From an uncultured Gemmatimonadales bacterium (GTDB lineage Bacteria > Gemmatimonadota > Gemmatimonadetes > Longimicrobiales > Gaopeijiaceae): a stretch of DNA of 64,000 nt. Shown piece after piece: positions 22,806 through 30,915 of the stretch; within the stretch, counting starts at the first letter, position 1, and every line of letters starts with the position of its first letter. The notes under the pieces were generated by a model. The model was given only the letters and a program-made list of their open reading frames with translations. It ran no database searches and was not told the origin of the DNA. Location of the stretch: positions 2,432,001 through 2,496,000 of the forward strand of contig CAWELD010000003.1 of the NCBI GenBank assembly GCA_963809895.1. Direction: 5' to 3'. A program made the position numbers and the translations under genes.

Positions 22806-22987
22806 GCGCCGACTCCGAAAGGAATTGTTGAAAAGTTGATAACTGGCAGATGTCCCGCGCCGCCGCCGGATCCCGGCCCGGGCGGCACTCGCACAGCCCA
22901 CTCTGCTGGCTGCGGGAACGAAGAATAGGGCGCTTCTTTCCGGGGCGCAAGGCTCGTCCAGGCAACAAGGCTGAGCCGAATAGAATA

Positions 22988-23016
22988 CGTAAGTCCCTGT
23001 CCAGCAAACACTTACG
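22988..23016. promoter_or_regulatory. Perfect spaced palindrome CGTAAGT-N15-ACTTACG
   Basis: Read directly; lies in an AT-enriched 420-bp intergenic region. Confidence 0.65.
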
Positions 23017-23229
23017 ATTATGGCCGTTTCGCCGAATTCAAGCGTTCCCTCGGCTGCGCGAGAGCGCGATTTTTTGAACTTTTTTTGGAGGATGTGCTTT
23101 GATTCCGGGATGTTCCGAGATCAAGGCATCGAGAAATGACCCCGGATCCGTCGCGCGAATTTTGCAAATAATTGGAGCGCGCCGCGTAACCGCGGTCGAG
23201 CGCCGATCGGCGCCGGGCGAGGCGCGGAC

Positions 23230-23838
23230 CTACGGCAGCGCCGAGCGGAGGAAGGCGCGCAGCGTGGCTTCATCGAAGCTGCGGAAACGCTCGCGGACCG
23301 GGGTCAGATGCTCTTCCCGGAAGATGTCGGCGGTGCGCACGGAGTCGCGCTCGGGCGGGCGATGGAACTGGATGGCGCCGCGCCATCCCTCCTCCACCGG
23401 ATGGACGCACAGGGCGGCGACCCATTCCGCCGACGCCACGACGAAGGTCCGCACGTCCACGGTGACGGGCTCACCACCCGGTACCGCGGGCCCTTCGGCC
23501 AGCGGCGGCTCCACATCCACCAGATAGGCGCCCCGATTGAGGTGGAAGTCCTCGAGCCACGCTCCGAAGGGGGGCAGCGGCAGAAGCTCGGCGCAGTGGG
23601 CGGCGAGCTGTTCAAGCGTCGGCTCTCCCCGCACGGCCTCCCCCTGTCCGGCCCGGAACTGGCGCACCAGGGCGCGCACGCCCTCCCTGGGCACAATGGC
23701 GAGCAGGTCCCGTCCCTGGCGTTGGCGATACGCCTCGTAGCGCGCGCGCAGGGCTTCTGTGGCCGGGTGACTCTCCGCGGGTCCCTGTCGGGGGATGTGG
23801 GCGTACCGGGCTCCACCGGCGCCGAGCTCGGTGGCCAT
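23230..23838 (-). CDS. Hypothetical protein, novel domains A-B
   Basis: LRARYEAYRQRQ...LPLPPFGAWLEDF, then WRGAIQF...VRTADIF...LRAFLRSAL; 1-nt TGATG overlap with the upstream ORF. Confidence 0.82.
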   Translation of the reverse strand: MATELGAGGARYAHIPRQGPAESHPATEALRARYEAYRQRQGRDLLAIVPREGVRALVRQFRAGQGEAVRGEPTLEQLAAHCAELLPLPPFGAWLEDFHLNRGAYLVDVEPPLAEGPAVPGGEPVTVDVRTFVVASAEWVAALCVHPVEEGWRGAIQFHRPPERDSVRTADIFREEHLTPVRERFRSFDEATLRAFLRSALP

Positions 23839-24725
23839 CAGTGCACCGTCCCCATCTCGGACACCACGGGAGCCACGCGCACGGTCCTGGCGGCCGGAAG
23901 TCGGTCCCTGAGGCGGGCCAGCGTCTCTCGCTTGCCGAAGGTTGCGACCACACCGTCCACGGCCTGGAAGCGTTCCGGCTCGAAGCGCGCCAGCAGGCCC
24001 GCCAGCCCCGCGCGCACCCGTCCCAACTCCTCACGCAGCTCCTCCATGGTGAGGGGCAGCGGGAACCGGACCTGGTACCCGCCGGCGGCCGCCGGCGACG
24101 CCGGCACCAGCCGACGAAGGTCGGTGCCCGGGAACACCTCGCTCAGGGCATCCTCCAGCGTGTGATCCGGCGCGGCCGTGGGTGTGCGGAGGAGGAGGGC
24201 GTTGTCGTCGTAGTCCAGGTGGGCCCTCACCAGGCGCCCGGGGGCGACCGAGATACGGACTGCCGTGCCGTCGTTCAGGTCGAGATCGCGACACACGTCC
24301 CGGAATCCCAGGCGGAGCAGCGAGGGGCGGGTGAGCGGACCGAAGCCCACGCGCTCCAGGACCGAGAGTGCCAGACGAAAGCAGAAGCGCGACAGGTCGC
24401 CCCGATCCCGGCCGCTGGCGGCGGCGCGCACCAGCTCGGCCACGTGCTCGAGCGTCGGCTCGTACACCCAGTCGAGCACCACGAGCTCGCCACTCAGGTC
24501 CAGGAGCTTCACGTCGGCGCTGCCGAGGTCCACCACTTCGGCCGACGAGGCGTAACGGCCCTCGAGGACCAATGCCACACCGATGTCCTGGATGCGGCCC
24601 CCGGGCACGTCCACTTCGTGCACGTCGCGGTACTGGACCACGGCGCGGGTCAGCGGCAACTCGCAGACGCCGGGCACGTCGGCCATGGCTTCCGGTCGAC
24701 TGTCGAGGTTGAGGCTCGTGTGCAT
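23838..24725 (-). CDS. Hypothetical protein (295 aa)
   Basis: Normal codon bias, protein-like composition, translationally coupled to the downstream gene. Confidence 0.8.
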   Translation of the reverse strand: MHTSLNLDSRPEAMADVPGVCELPLTRAVVQYRDVHEVDVPGGRIQDIGVALVLEGRYASSAEVVDLGSADVKLLDLSGELVVLDWVYEPTLEHVAELVRAAASGRDRGDLSRFCFRLALSVLERVGFGPLTRPSLLRLGFRDVCRDLDLNDGTAVRISVAPGRLVRAHLDYDDNALLLRTPTAAPDHTLEDALSEVFPGTDLRRLVPASPAAAGGYQVRFPLPLTMEELREELGRVRAGLAGLLARFEPERFQAVDGVVATFGKRETLARLRDRLPAARTVRVAPVVSEMGTVH

Positions 24726-24803
24726 GTCGTATTCCCCGTGGATTCGCGCGTGCGCGTCACGGGGAGAGCATGCGTCAGGATCGTCGGAGGGTACACGCCG
24801 ACC

Positions 24804-24833
24804 TTGACACCCGCTCGACGAGCCTTGTATCCT
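24804..24833 (+). promoter_or_regulatory. Sigma70-like promoter
   Basis: TTGACA (24804-09), 18-nt spacer, TATCCT (24828-33). Confidence 0.65.
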
Positions 24834-24838
24834 CTTCG

Positions 24839-24919
24839 ATAGTCAATCGAATGGAAACGGGCTCGCCAGCCCGTGCCGCGCGGGAGTTCCGGTGCCAGCC
24901 GGAGCTCCCGCGTTTTTTT
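24839..24919 (+). ncRNA. Candidate ~80-nt small RNA or attenuated leader
   Basis: Promoter directly upstream; hairpin ACGGGCT-CGCC-AGCCCGT; 14-bp terminator stem + T7; no credible ORF ends here. Confidence 0.55.
24879..24919 (+). terminator. Rho-independent terminator
   Basis: CGCGGGAGTTCCGG-TGCCAG-CCGGAGCTCCCGCG-TTTTTTT; the G-U wobble works only on the + strand. Confidence 0.85.
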
Positions 24920-25229
24920 CAGGGGTGGCGACGCCGAGGCACCACCACGCTTTTCTTGTAATTTTCTCCCGCCCCACGAAGGGGCGACGCAGGCCCGGCA
25001 GACGCGGTGCCACCCGCATCGTCCGGGCCTGATGCGACGGGTCGTCTACCCCGTCTGCGCTACGATAACCAACTGTTTACGACCCCCGCAAGAAGATTCG
25101 CTGCAGCGGGCCCGGAACCGCGCATTCCCACGTCCGCGGCGATGCCAATCGCCAGGGTCGGGATCTCCCGGCGGGGACCCGCCAGCCTCCAGGTTGCCAC
25201 CGCCGCAGAAGCCGATCACCTTGCCGGAT

Positions 25230-25940
25230 ATGGTCACGCCCACCCCCGATCGCTCCGCGCCACCGGTGCCGGAGCACCGCATCCGCCGCCGCTCCGTCGG
25301 CTTCCTGGATCGCGAGGGCCAACGATGGGCCTGCTTCCTGGTGAGCTATCCCGATGGCGACGGCGCCTGGCGGGGGCATTTCGCGTTCCGCCCGTCCGGC
25401 GGGCACGGCGACGGCCATCAGGTGCGTACCACCGACATCTTCGTCGAGCCGTCCGAGGCGGAGATCCAGGTGAAGGCGCGCGGACTGGGGCGCCCCCTGC
25501 TTCGTGCCCTGCTGGACTCGGCCCTGCACGTGCGTTCGCGGGCCGACGACGACTCCCCGTTCCTCCGCCGCTGGTTCCGGGAGCTTCTGGCGGAACACTC
25601 TCGCATGCCCGACGGACCGGCCGAAGGCGGCGTGGGCGAAGCGTCCGATCTCGACGAGTTGAGATCGCTGTACGCGTCGTATCGGCTCGACCAGGTCGCG
25701 CACTTCATCGCCCTGGTGCGTCCCGAGGAGTTCGAAGGCGCGGTCGCGCACGTGCTCGAAGGCGAGCGTATCGACTTCGCCGCCCGCGATCGGCTCCAGC
25801 TCGCCATGCTGGTGGTGGAGTTCATCGAGGAGCGGCTCCCGCTCCCGCCCTTCGAGGTCTGGGTGCGCGACTATCTCGAGCACGCGGAGCGCTACCACAT
25901 CTACGCGCACACGCTGCACCGCGAAGGGCGGCTGCCCTGA
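25230..25940 (+). CDS. Hypothetical protein, novel domains B-A
   Basis: WRGHFAF...VRTTDIF...LRALLDSAL, then LRSLYASYRLDQ...LPLPPFEVWVRDY; start ATG 25230 inferred. Confidence 0.82.
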   Translation: MVTPTPDRSAPPVPEHRIRRRSVGFLDREGQRWACFLVSYPDGDGAWRGHFAFRPSGGHGDGHQVRTTDIFVEPSEAEIQVKARGLGRPLLRALLDSALHVRSRADDDSPFLRRWFRELLAEHSRMPDGPAEGGVGEASDLDELRSLYASYRLDQVAHFIALVRPEEFEGAVAHVLEGERIDFAARDRLQLAMLVVEFIEERLPLPPFEVWVRDYLEHAERYHIYAHTLHREGRLP

Positions 25941-25968
25941 GCGACGGCCACCGCCCCCACGCCGAGCC

Positions 25969-27534
25969 TCAGCTCACGAGGTAGCCCGCCGCCAGGGCAC
26001 GGAACTCCTCCACCTGGGCCGACTCCCAGTCGGCGTCGCGGCCCAGCTCCCCTGCCATGAGCTCGGCAGCGACGGGCGCGGCCTCCATGGCGGCCCGCGC
26101 GTCGAGAAGCAGCGAACGGGTGCGCCGTGACAGGACGTCGTCCAGCGTGCGTGCCATCTCGTGACGCGCCGCCCACACGACCTCGGCACGCAGCGCGGGC
26201 AACCGCGGATGCAACACGTCGCCCAGTCCCTCCTGAGACATGGCCAGACGGCGCACCTCGGGCGCGTCCGACCCGTGCACGGCCAACGCGCCGTCCGAGG
26301 GCTCCTCAGGCCAGTGGCCATGGATCGGCAGGTCCTTGGTCGGACACGGCACGGGCTCCAGGCCCGCCAGCGTCGCCGCGTGATCCACGGTGTCCTCGGC
26401 CATGCGCCGATAGGTGGTCCACTTGCCTCCGGTGATGGTCACGAGTCCCGACGACGAGATCTGCAGGGTGTGATCACGGGACAGGGCAGCGGTGTCGTCG
26501 CCCTCACCTCCGGCGGCCACCAGTGGGCGCAGCCCGGCGAAGGCGCACAGCACCTCGGCGGGGTCCGGGTCCCGGGTCAGGTAGCGGGCGGCGTGCCGGA
26601 GCACGAAGGCCACCTCTTCGTCCAGGGGACGGGGTTCCAGCGAAACGTCGTCCATCGGCGTGTCGGTGGTCCCCACCAGCACGCGGTCGTGCCAGGGCAC
26701 CGCGAACAGCACCCGGCCGTCGTCGGTCCTGGGCACCATGATGGCCGAATCGCCGGGCAGGAACGTCCGGTCCAGCACCAGGTGGATACCTTGGCTCGGG
26801 CGGATCATGGAGGACGCGTCGGGATCGTCCATGCGCCGAATCGAGTCGGCGAACACGCCGGTGGCGTTCACGACCACGCGAGCCTCCACCTCGAGCTCCG
26901 CCCCTCGCTCCAGGTCTGTGGCGCGCACACCGGTGACGAATCCGTCGGCGTCCCGGAGAAGGGCGTCCACGCGGGCGTAGTTCACCAGCGTCCCGCCGTG
27001 TTCGGCAGCGGTGCGCGCGAGGTGGATCAGCAGGCGGGCATCGTCGAATTGGCCGTCGTGGTAGACGACGCCGCCGCGGAGCCCGTCAGGCTCGATGGTG
27101 GGAAGCCGCTCCAGTGTCTCCTCGCGCGACAGCAGGCGCGATGGCCCGAAGCCGTACTTGCCGGCCAGGGCATCGTAGACCTTGAGCCCGATGCCGTAGA
27201 ACGGCGCCTCCCACCAGTCGTAGTTGGGCACCACGAAGGCCAGGTCGTGGACGAGGTGCGGAGCATTGCCCCGCAGGATCCCGCGCTCCCTGAGCGCCTC
27301 CATGACCAGGGGGATGTTGCCCTGCCGAAGGTATCGGACGCCACCATGCACAAGCTTGGTGCTTCGCGACGACGTGCCCTTGCCGAAATCGCTCGCCTCC
27401 AGGAGGACCACGTCGTAGCCCCGGGCCGCGGCGTCCACCGCCACGCCGACGCCGGTGGCTCCCCCGCCGATGACTGCCACGTCCCACGGCTCCGTTCTCC
27501 GCTCCAGGCGTTGCAGCATCTCGTCACGATTCAT
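25969..27534 (-). CDS. glpD: FAD-dependent glycerol-3-phosphate dehydrogenase/oxidase
   Basis: IGGGATG, GTSSRSTKLVHGGVRYL, DGQFDDARL, GGKWTTYRRMAE. Confidence 0.96.
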   Translation of the reverse strand: MNRDEMLQRLERRTEPWDVAVIGGGATGVGVAVDAAARGYDVVLLEASDFGKGTSSRSTKLVHGGVRYLRQGNIPLVMEALRERGILRGNAPHLVHDLAFVVPNYDWWEAPFYGIGLKVYDALAGKYGFGPSRLLSREETLERLPTIEPDGLRGGVVYHDGQFDDARLLIHLARTAAEHGGTLVNYARVDALLRDADGFVTGVRATDLERGAELEVEARVVVNATGVFADSIRRMDDPDASSMIRPSQGIHLVLDRTFLPGDSAIMVPRTDDGRVLFAVPWHDRVLVGTTDTPMDDVSLEPRPLDEEVAFVLRHAARYLTRDPDPAEVLCAFAGLRPLVAAGGEGDDTAALSRDHTLQISSSGLVTITGGKWTTYRRMAEDTVDHAATLAGLEPVPCPTKDLPIHGHWPEEPSDGALAVHGSDAPEVRRLAMSQEGLGDVLHPRLPALRAEVVWAARHEMARTLDDVLSRRTRSLLLDARAAMEAAPVAAELMAGELGRDADWESAQVEEFRALAAGYLVS

Positions 27535-27669
27535 GGGCTCTCGTCCGGGGATTCGGGGTGCGGCACGCGGCCTCCACGGGGGTCATGGTACGGTGTCGCG
27601 GCCCGTCGCGTCACCCCGCGGTGCGTGTTATGCTTTTCGGCTCGCTCGCGTCCTTCGGCCGGCTGTATC

Positions 27670-28473
27670 GTGAACCCTACGCTCCTCGCCCTCGTCAGCG
27701 TCGCCCTGGTCAGCCTGCTGTCGCTGGCCGGGCTCCTGACGCTCTCGCGCAACACCGAGGTCCTGCAGCACCGCCTCCCGCTCCTGGTGAGCCTGGCGGC
27801 GGGGGTGCTCGTGGGGAGCGCGGTCCTGCACCTCCTCCCCGAGGGCATGGAAGCGCTGGGGCCGGGCCTGCGGCTGCCCCTGCTGTTCCTGGTCGGGTTC
27901 CTCGGGTTCTTCGTCCTCGAGCGCTACCTGTGGTTCCATCACCACGGCCCCGACGTCGGTCCGGCGGACCCCCGGGGCGAAGGCCACCGCTCGGGTCACG
28001 GGCTGGAGGAGAACTGTCCGGATCCCCACCCGGTCGTGGTGATGAACCTGGTGGGCGACGGGGTGCACAACCTCATCGACGGGATGGCCATCGGTGCCGC
28101 GTACCTGGTGGACCCCGCCGCGGGATTCGCGACGACCTTGGCCATCGTCCTGCACGAGATCCCCCAGGAGATCGGAGATTTCGCGGTTCTGGTCCACGGC
28201 GGCCTCTCCGTCCGGCGCGCCCTGGTGCTCAACTTCCTGTCGGCGCTGGCCGCGGTGGTGGGCACGGTGGCGGCCCTCCTGGTGGGGGGCTCCGTCAGCG
28301 GCTTCTCCGCCATGTTGTTGCCCGTGACAGCAGGGAGCTTCCTTTACATCGCCGCCGCCGACCTGATCCCCGAGATCCACCGCCACGGGGACCGGAGCCG
28401 GGCTGCCGCCCAGAGCTTCTTCCTCTTCCTCGGGGTCGCCGTCACCCTGGTGCTCAAGGTGACTCTGCCGTGA
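27670..28473 (+). CDS. ZIP family zinc/metal transporter
   Basis: HLLPE, His-rich loop, GDGVHNLIDG, LHEIPQEIGDF, DLIPE. Confidence 0.95.
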   Translation: MNPTLLALVSVALVSLLSLAGLLTLSRNTEVLQHRLPLLVSLAAGVLVGSAVLHLLPEGMEALGPGLRLPLLFLVGFLGFFVLERYLWFHHHGPDVGPADPRGEGHRSGHGLEENCPDPHPVVVMNLVGDGVHNLIDGMAIGAAYLVDPAAGFATTLAIVLHEIPQEIGDFAVLVHGGLSVRRALVLNFLSALAAVVGTVAALLVGGSVSGFSAMLLPVTAGSFLYIAAADLIPEIHRHGDRSRAAAQSFFLFLGVAVTLVLKVTLP

Positions 28474-28519
28474 TCCGCACGGGCGCGGTCCCGACCCCAT
28501 GCCCCGCGCTCCTTCCAGG

Positions 28520-28549
28520 TTGACTGGTCGCCCCCGCGAGGGCTAGCTT
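28520..28549 (+). promoter_or_regulatory. Sigma70-like promoter of rpsU
   Basis: TTGACT-N18-TAGCTT. Confidence 0.55.
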
Positions 28550-28596
28550 TCAGAGCTTTGTCGCTTTAGTTGGTTCAACCGAGGAGAGTGATTCTC

Positions 28597-28794
28597 TTGG
28601 AAGTCACCATCCAGGATAACGAGAGTCTCGAGCGGGCCCTCCGCCGTTTCAAGCGGAAGGTTCAGCGCTCCGGCCTCTACTCCGAGCTTCGCAAGCGGCG
28701 CTATTACGAGAAGCCCAGCGCGCAGCGGAAGCGGAAGAGAGAAGCGGCCATCCGGCGCGAGCGTCGGCGTCAGCGGCGAAACACCCGGCGCTGA
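28597..28794 (+). CDS. rpsU: 30S ribosomal protein S21
   Basis: [24 protein letters not shown] start after GAGGAG. Confidence 0.97.
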   Translation: MEVTIQDNESLERALRRFKRKVQRSGLYSELRKRRYYEKPSAQRKRKREAAIRRERRRQRRNTRR

Positions 28795-28827
28795 CCGACG
28801 GTCCGGGACACTCGTCCTCGGACGGAA

Positions 28828-28862
28828 GAAAGGAGCCCTTCCCAGCGGGAGGGGCTCTTTTC
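28828..28862. terminator. Bidirectional terminator after rpsU
   Basis: GAAAGGAGCCCTTCCC-AGC-GGGAGGGGCTCTTTTC. Confidence 0.85.
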
Positions 28863-28865
28863 GTT

Positions 28866-29657
28866 TCAGGCGGAGCGCCGCCGGAGGAACAGGCTGTCGA
28901 GGGAATCCCAGGCCTCCAGGGCCTCGGGCGCGCACAGCTCCGATACGAAGCGGATCAGGAGCCGTTCCCATCCCCCGGGCATGCGGAGCTCGGTGGGGGT
29001 GGAGCCGATCGTGGAGCTCAGATACCGACACAGGTTCGCGCTGGTCACCCACCCCAGCCGCTGGGCGGCGCGCAAGGTGGTGAAGCCACGCCCGCGGAGC
29101 ACGTGAGCCACGCTCAGGGCCCGGAACCAGCGCAGGTAGGAAAAGGGGGATTCCAGGGAACGGCGACGGAAGCGGGCCTTCAGGGCTCCCGCCGACAGTC
29201 CCGTGAGGCGTTCCAGTGCGCCCAGATCACCGTATCGATGGGGTAGCGCCATGGCACGGCGCCCCAGCCCGCGCAGCGCCGACGGCAGGGGGCGCCCGGC
29301 GATGCGATCCAGATCCCGCAGCGCCGTGTCGAGCCAGAGGCGCCCACCCTGCTGCCGAAGCCCGGGCTGGAGCCGGGTCGCCAGATAGGCCGGCCAGGAC
29401 CGGGGCAGGCCGTCCGTCTTCCAGCCGTCCCTCCAGATCGCGGACTCACGCTCCGAGATCGTCAGGATGGGCACCGACCGCCCGCTCCCGTCCTGTACCG
29501 CCCTGCGAACTTTCTCCGTGGTCACCGCCACCCGCGGGAACCCGAGGTGCAACGCGAGCTCGACCTCGTCGGCGTCCGCCAGAACGTCCTCTTCGGGCGA
29601 AGCCGCCAGGCGCACAGCGGCTCGCAGGCCGGGATCGGAACGAAGAATGACGATCAT
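28866..29657 (-). CDS. AraC-like helix-turn-helix regulator
   Basis: LERLTGLSAGALKARF...SPFSYLRWFR...AAQRLGW.TSANLCRYL...GSTPTELR resembles the two AraC HTH motifs. Confidence 0.72.
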   Translation of the reverse strand: MIVILRSDPGLRAAVRLAASPEEDVLADADEVELALHLGFPRVAVTTEKVRRAVQDGSGRSVPILTISERESAIWRDGWKTDGLPRSWPAYLATRLQPGLRQQGGRLWLDTALRDLDRIAGRPLPSALRGLGRRAMALPHRYGDLGALERLTGLSAGALKARFRRRSLESPFSYLRWFRALSVAHVLRGRGFTTLRAAQRLGWVTSANLCRYLSSTIGSTPTELRMPGGWERLLIRFVSELCAPEALEAWDSLDSLFLRRRSA

Positions 29658-29660
29658 GCT

Positions 29661-29969
29661 CTAGTAGGTCGCTGAAGAAGGGGAGCACCCCGCGTTGGGA
29701 GCGCCACGGCCCCTCAACCTAGGCGAAGCGACGAAGGCATAGCCATAGCTACGTCGAGGAGCTTCAACGACGGAGGAGGGGCCGTGCCGCCCCAACCCAC
29801 TGCCGTCCAAGTTCATAGGCCACATACGGATGGGCGCATGGCGGTTCCGCGGTTGATCCATCGTCTCTCCTCCTCGCCGTAGCGCTGCTACGACTCGTCG
29901 TCGCTCCTTGCCTGAACGCGCGAAAGCGCCATGCGCGCGGGGTACTCCCCTTCTTCAGCGACCTGCTAG
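29661..29969. mobile_element. 309-bp element with 34-bp terminal inverted repeats (MITE-like or invertible segment)
   Basis: 29661-29694 is the reverse complement of 29936-29969 at 32/34 nt; CTAG at both ends; no transposase. Confidence 0.75.
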
Positions 29970-30018
29970 TATTGCGACTCGGGCACCGTTCCGGCCAGGG
30001 GTTGTGGACGGATCGGGC

Positions 30019-30915
30019 TCAGACCGGAAGGGGAACGGGCTCGTCGCCGGACCAGTCGTAGAACCCCTCGCCGCTCTTCCGCCCGTACCTTCCCAACGCC
30101 ACCATGCGTCGCAGGAGCGGCGGCGGTGCGTAGCGGGGCTCCCGGTACTCGTCGAACATGATCTCCGAGATACGCAGGAGCGTGTCCACGCCCACGAAAT
30201 CACACAGCCGGAAGGGCCCCATGGGGTGTCCGCAGCCCAACACCATGGCCTTGTCGATGTCCTCCAACGTGCCGACGCCCCGCTCGAGTTGGCGGATGGC
30301 GTCGAGCATGTACGGCACCAGGAGGAGGTTCACCAGAAAGCCCGACCGGTCCTGCGCCATCACGGGCTCCTTGCCCAGCGAGCGGGCGAACGCCAGCACC
30401 CCGCCGAGGGTCGCCTCGGAGGTGGCGATGGTTCGCACCACCTCCACCAGCGTCATCACCGGCACCGGGTTGAAGAAGTGGAGCCCGACGAAGCGATCGG
30501 GCCGCGAGGTGCGGGCCGCCATGTCGGTGATGGGGAGGGAACTGGTGTTGGACGCGAACACCGTGTGCTCTCCGCAGACACCGTCCAGCGTGCCGAACAC
30601 CTGGTGCTTGACCTCCGGATCCTCCACCACCGCCTCGATCACCAGGTCGCAGTCCGCGAGCTCCGGCAGCTCGGTGGTGAAGCTCATGCGGCCCAGAGCC
30701 GCATCCCGGTCATCGCGCGTCAGCTTCTCCCGCTCCACGCCTCGCGCGAGCGACGCCTCGACACGGGCACGTCCCGACGCCAACGAGCCATCGTCGACCT
30801 CTCTCACCCGCACCGGATACCCGGCACGGGCGATGACCTCGGCGATCCCGCTCCCCATGAGCCCACACCCCACGACGCCCACCTTGTCGATCTTCATGCT
30901 CGACTCCGTCGTCAC
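30019..30915 (-). CDS. 3-hydroxybutyryl/3-hydroxyacyl-CoA dehydrogenase
   Basis: VVGCGLMGSGIA, IEAVVE, SNTSS, GLHFFNPVP, HPMGP. Confidence 0.95.
   Translation of the reverse strand: MTTESSMKIDKVGVVGCGLMGSGIAEVIARAGYPVRVREVDDGSLASGRARVEASLARGVEREKLTRDDRDAALGRMSFTTELPELADCDLVIEAVVEDPEVKHQVFGTLDGVCGEHTVFASNTSSLPITDMAARTSRPDRFVGLHFFNPVPVMTLVEVVRTIATSEATLGGVLAFARSLGKEPVMAQDRSGFLVNLLLVPYMLDAIRQLERGVGTLEDIDKAMVLGCGHPMGPFRLCDFVGVDTLLRISEIMFDEYREPRYAPPPLLRRMVALGRYGRKSGEGFYDWSGDEPVPLPV

Noticed and set aside
22806..23229. Possible oriC (AT-enriched, near recF/gyrB/ssb)
   Set aside because: No perfect DnaA boxes, only two degenerate ones, and dnaA/dnaN are absent from the window
24770..24961. 63-aa ORF across the sRNA candidate
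   Set aside because: Runs through both the promoter and a strong terminator; no RBS; atypical codons
25052..25081. Second copy of the CGTAAGT-N15-ACTTACG motif
   Set aside because: Only one arm is similar (GTTTACG); the other arm and the spacing do not fit
24873..25229. Long N-terminal extensions in the ORF track (also 18991-19311, 12306-12595, 26161-27669, 44387-45091, 56095-56811)
   Set aside because: Low-complexity Arg/Pro-rich translations overlapping other genes or regulatory DNA; family homology begins at downstream starts
29661..29861. 66-aa ORF with a GGAGGAG RBS-like sequence ending just before the AraC-like gene (possible leader or RiPP precursor)
   Set aside because: Lies wholly within the inverted-repeat element, its stop is part of the terminal CTAG, codon usage is atypical, and no modifying enzymes are nearby
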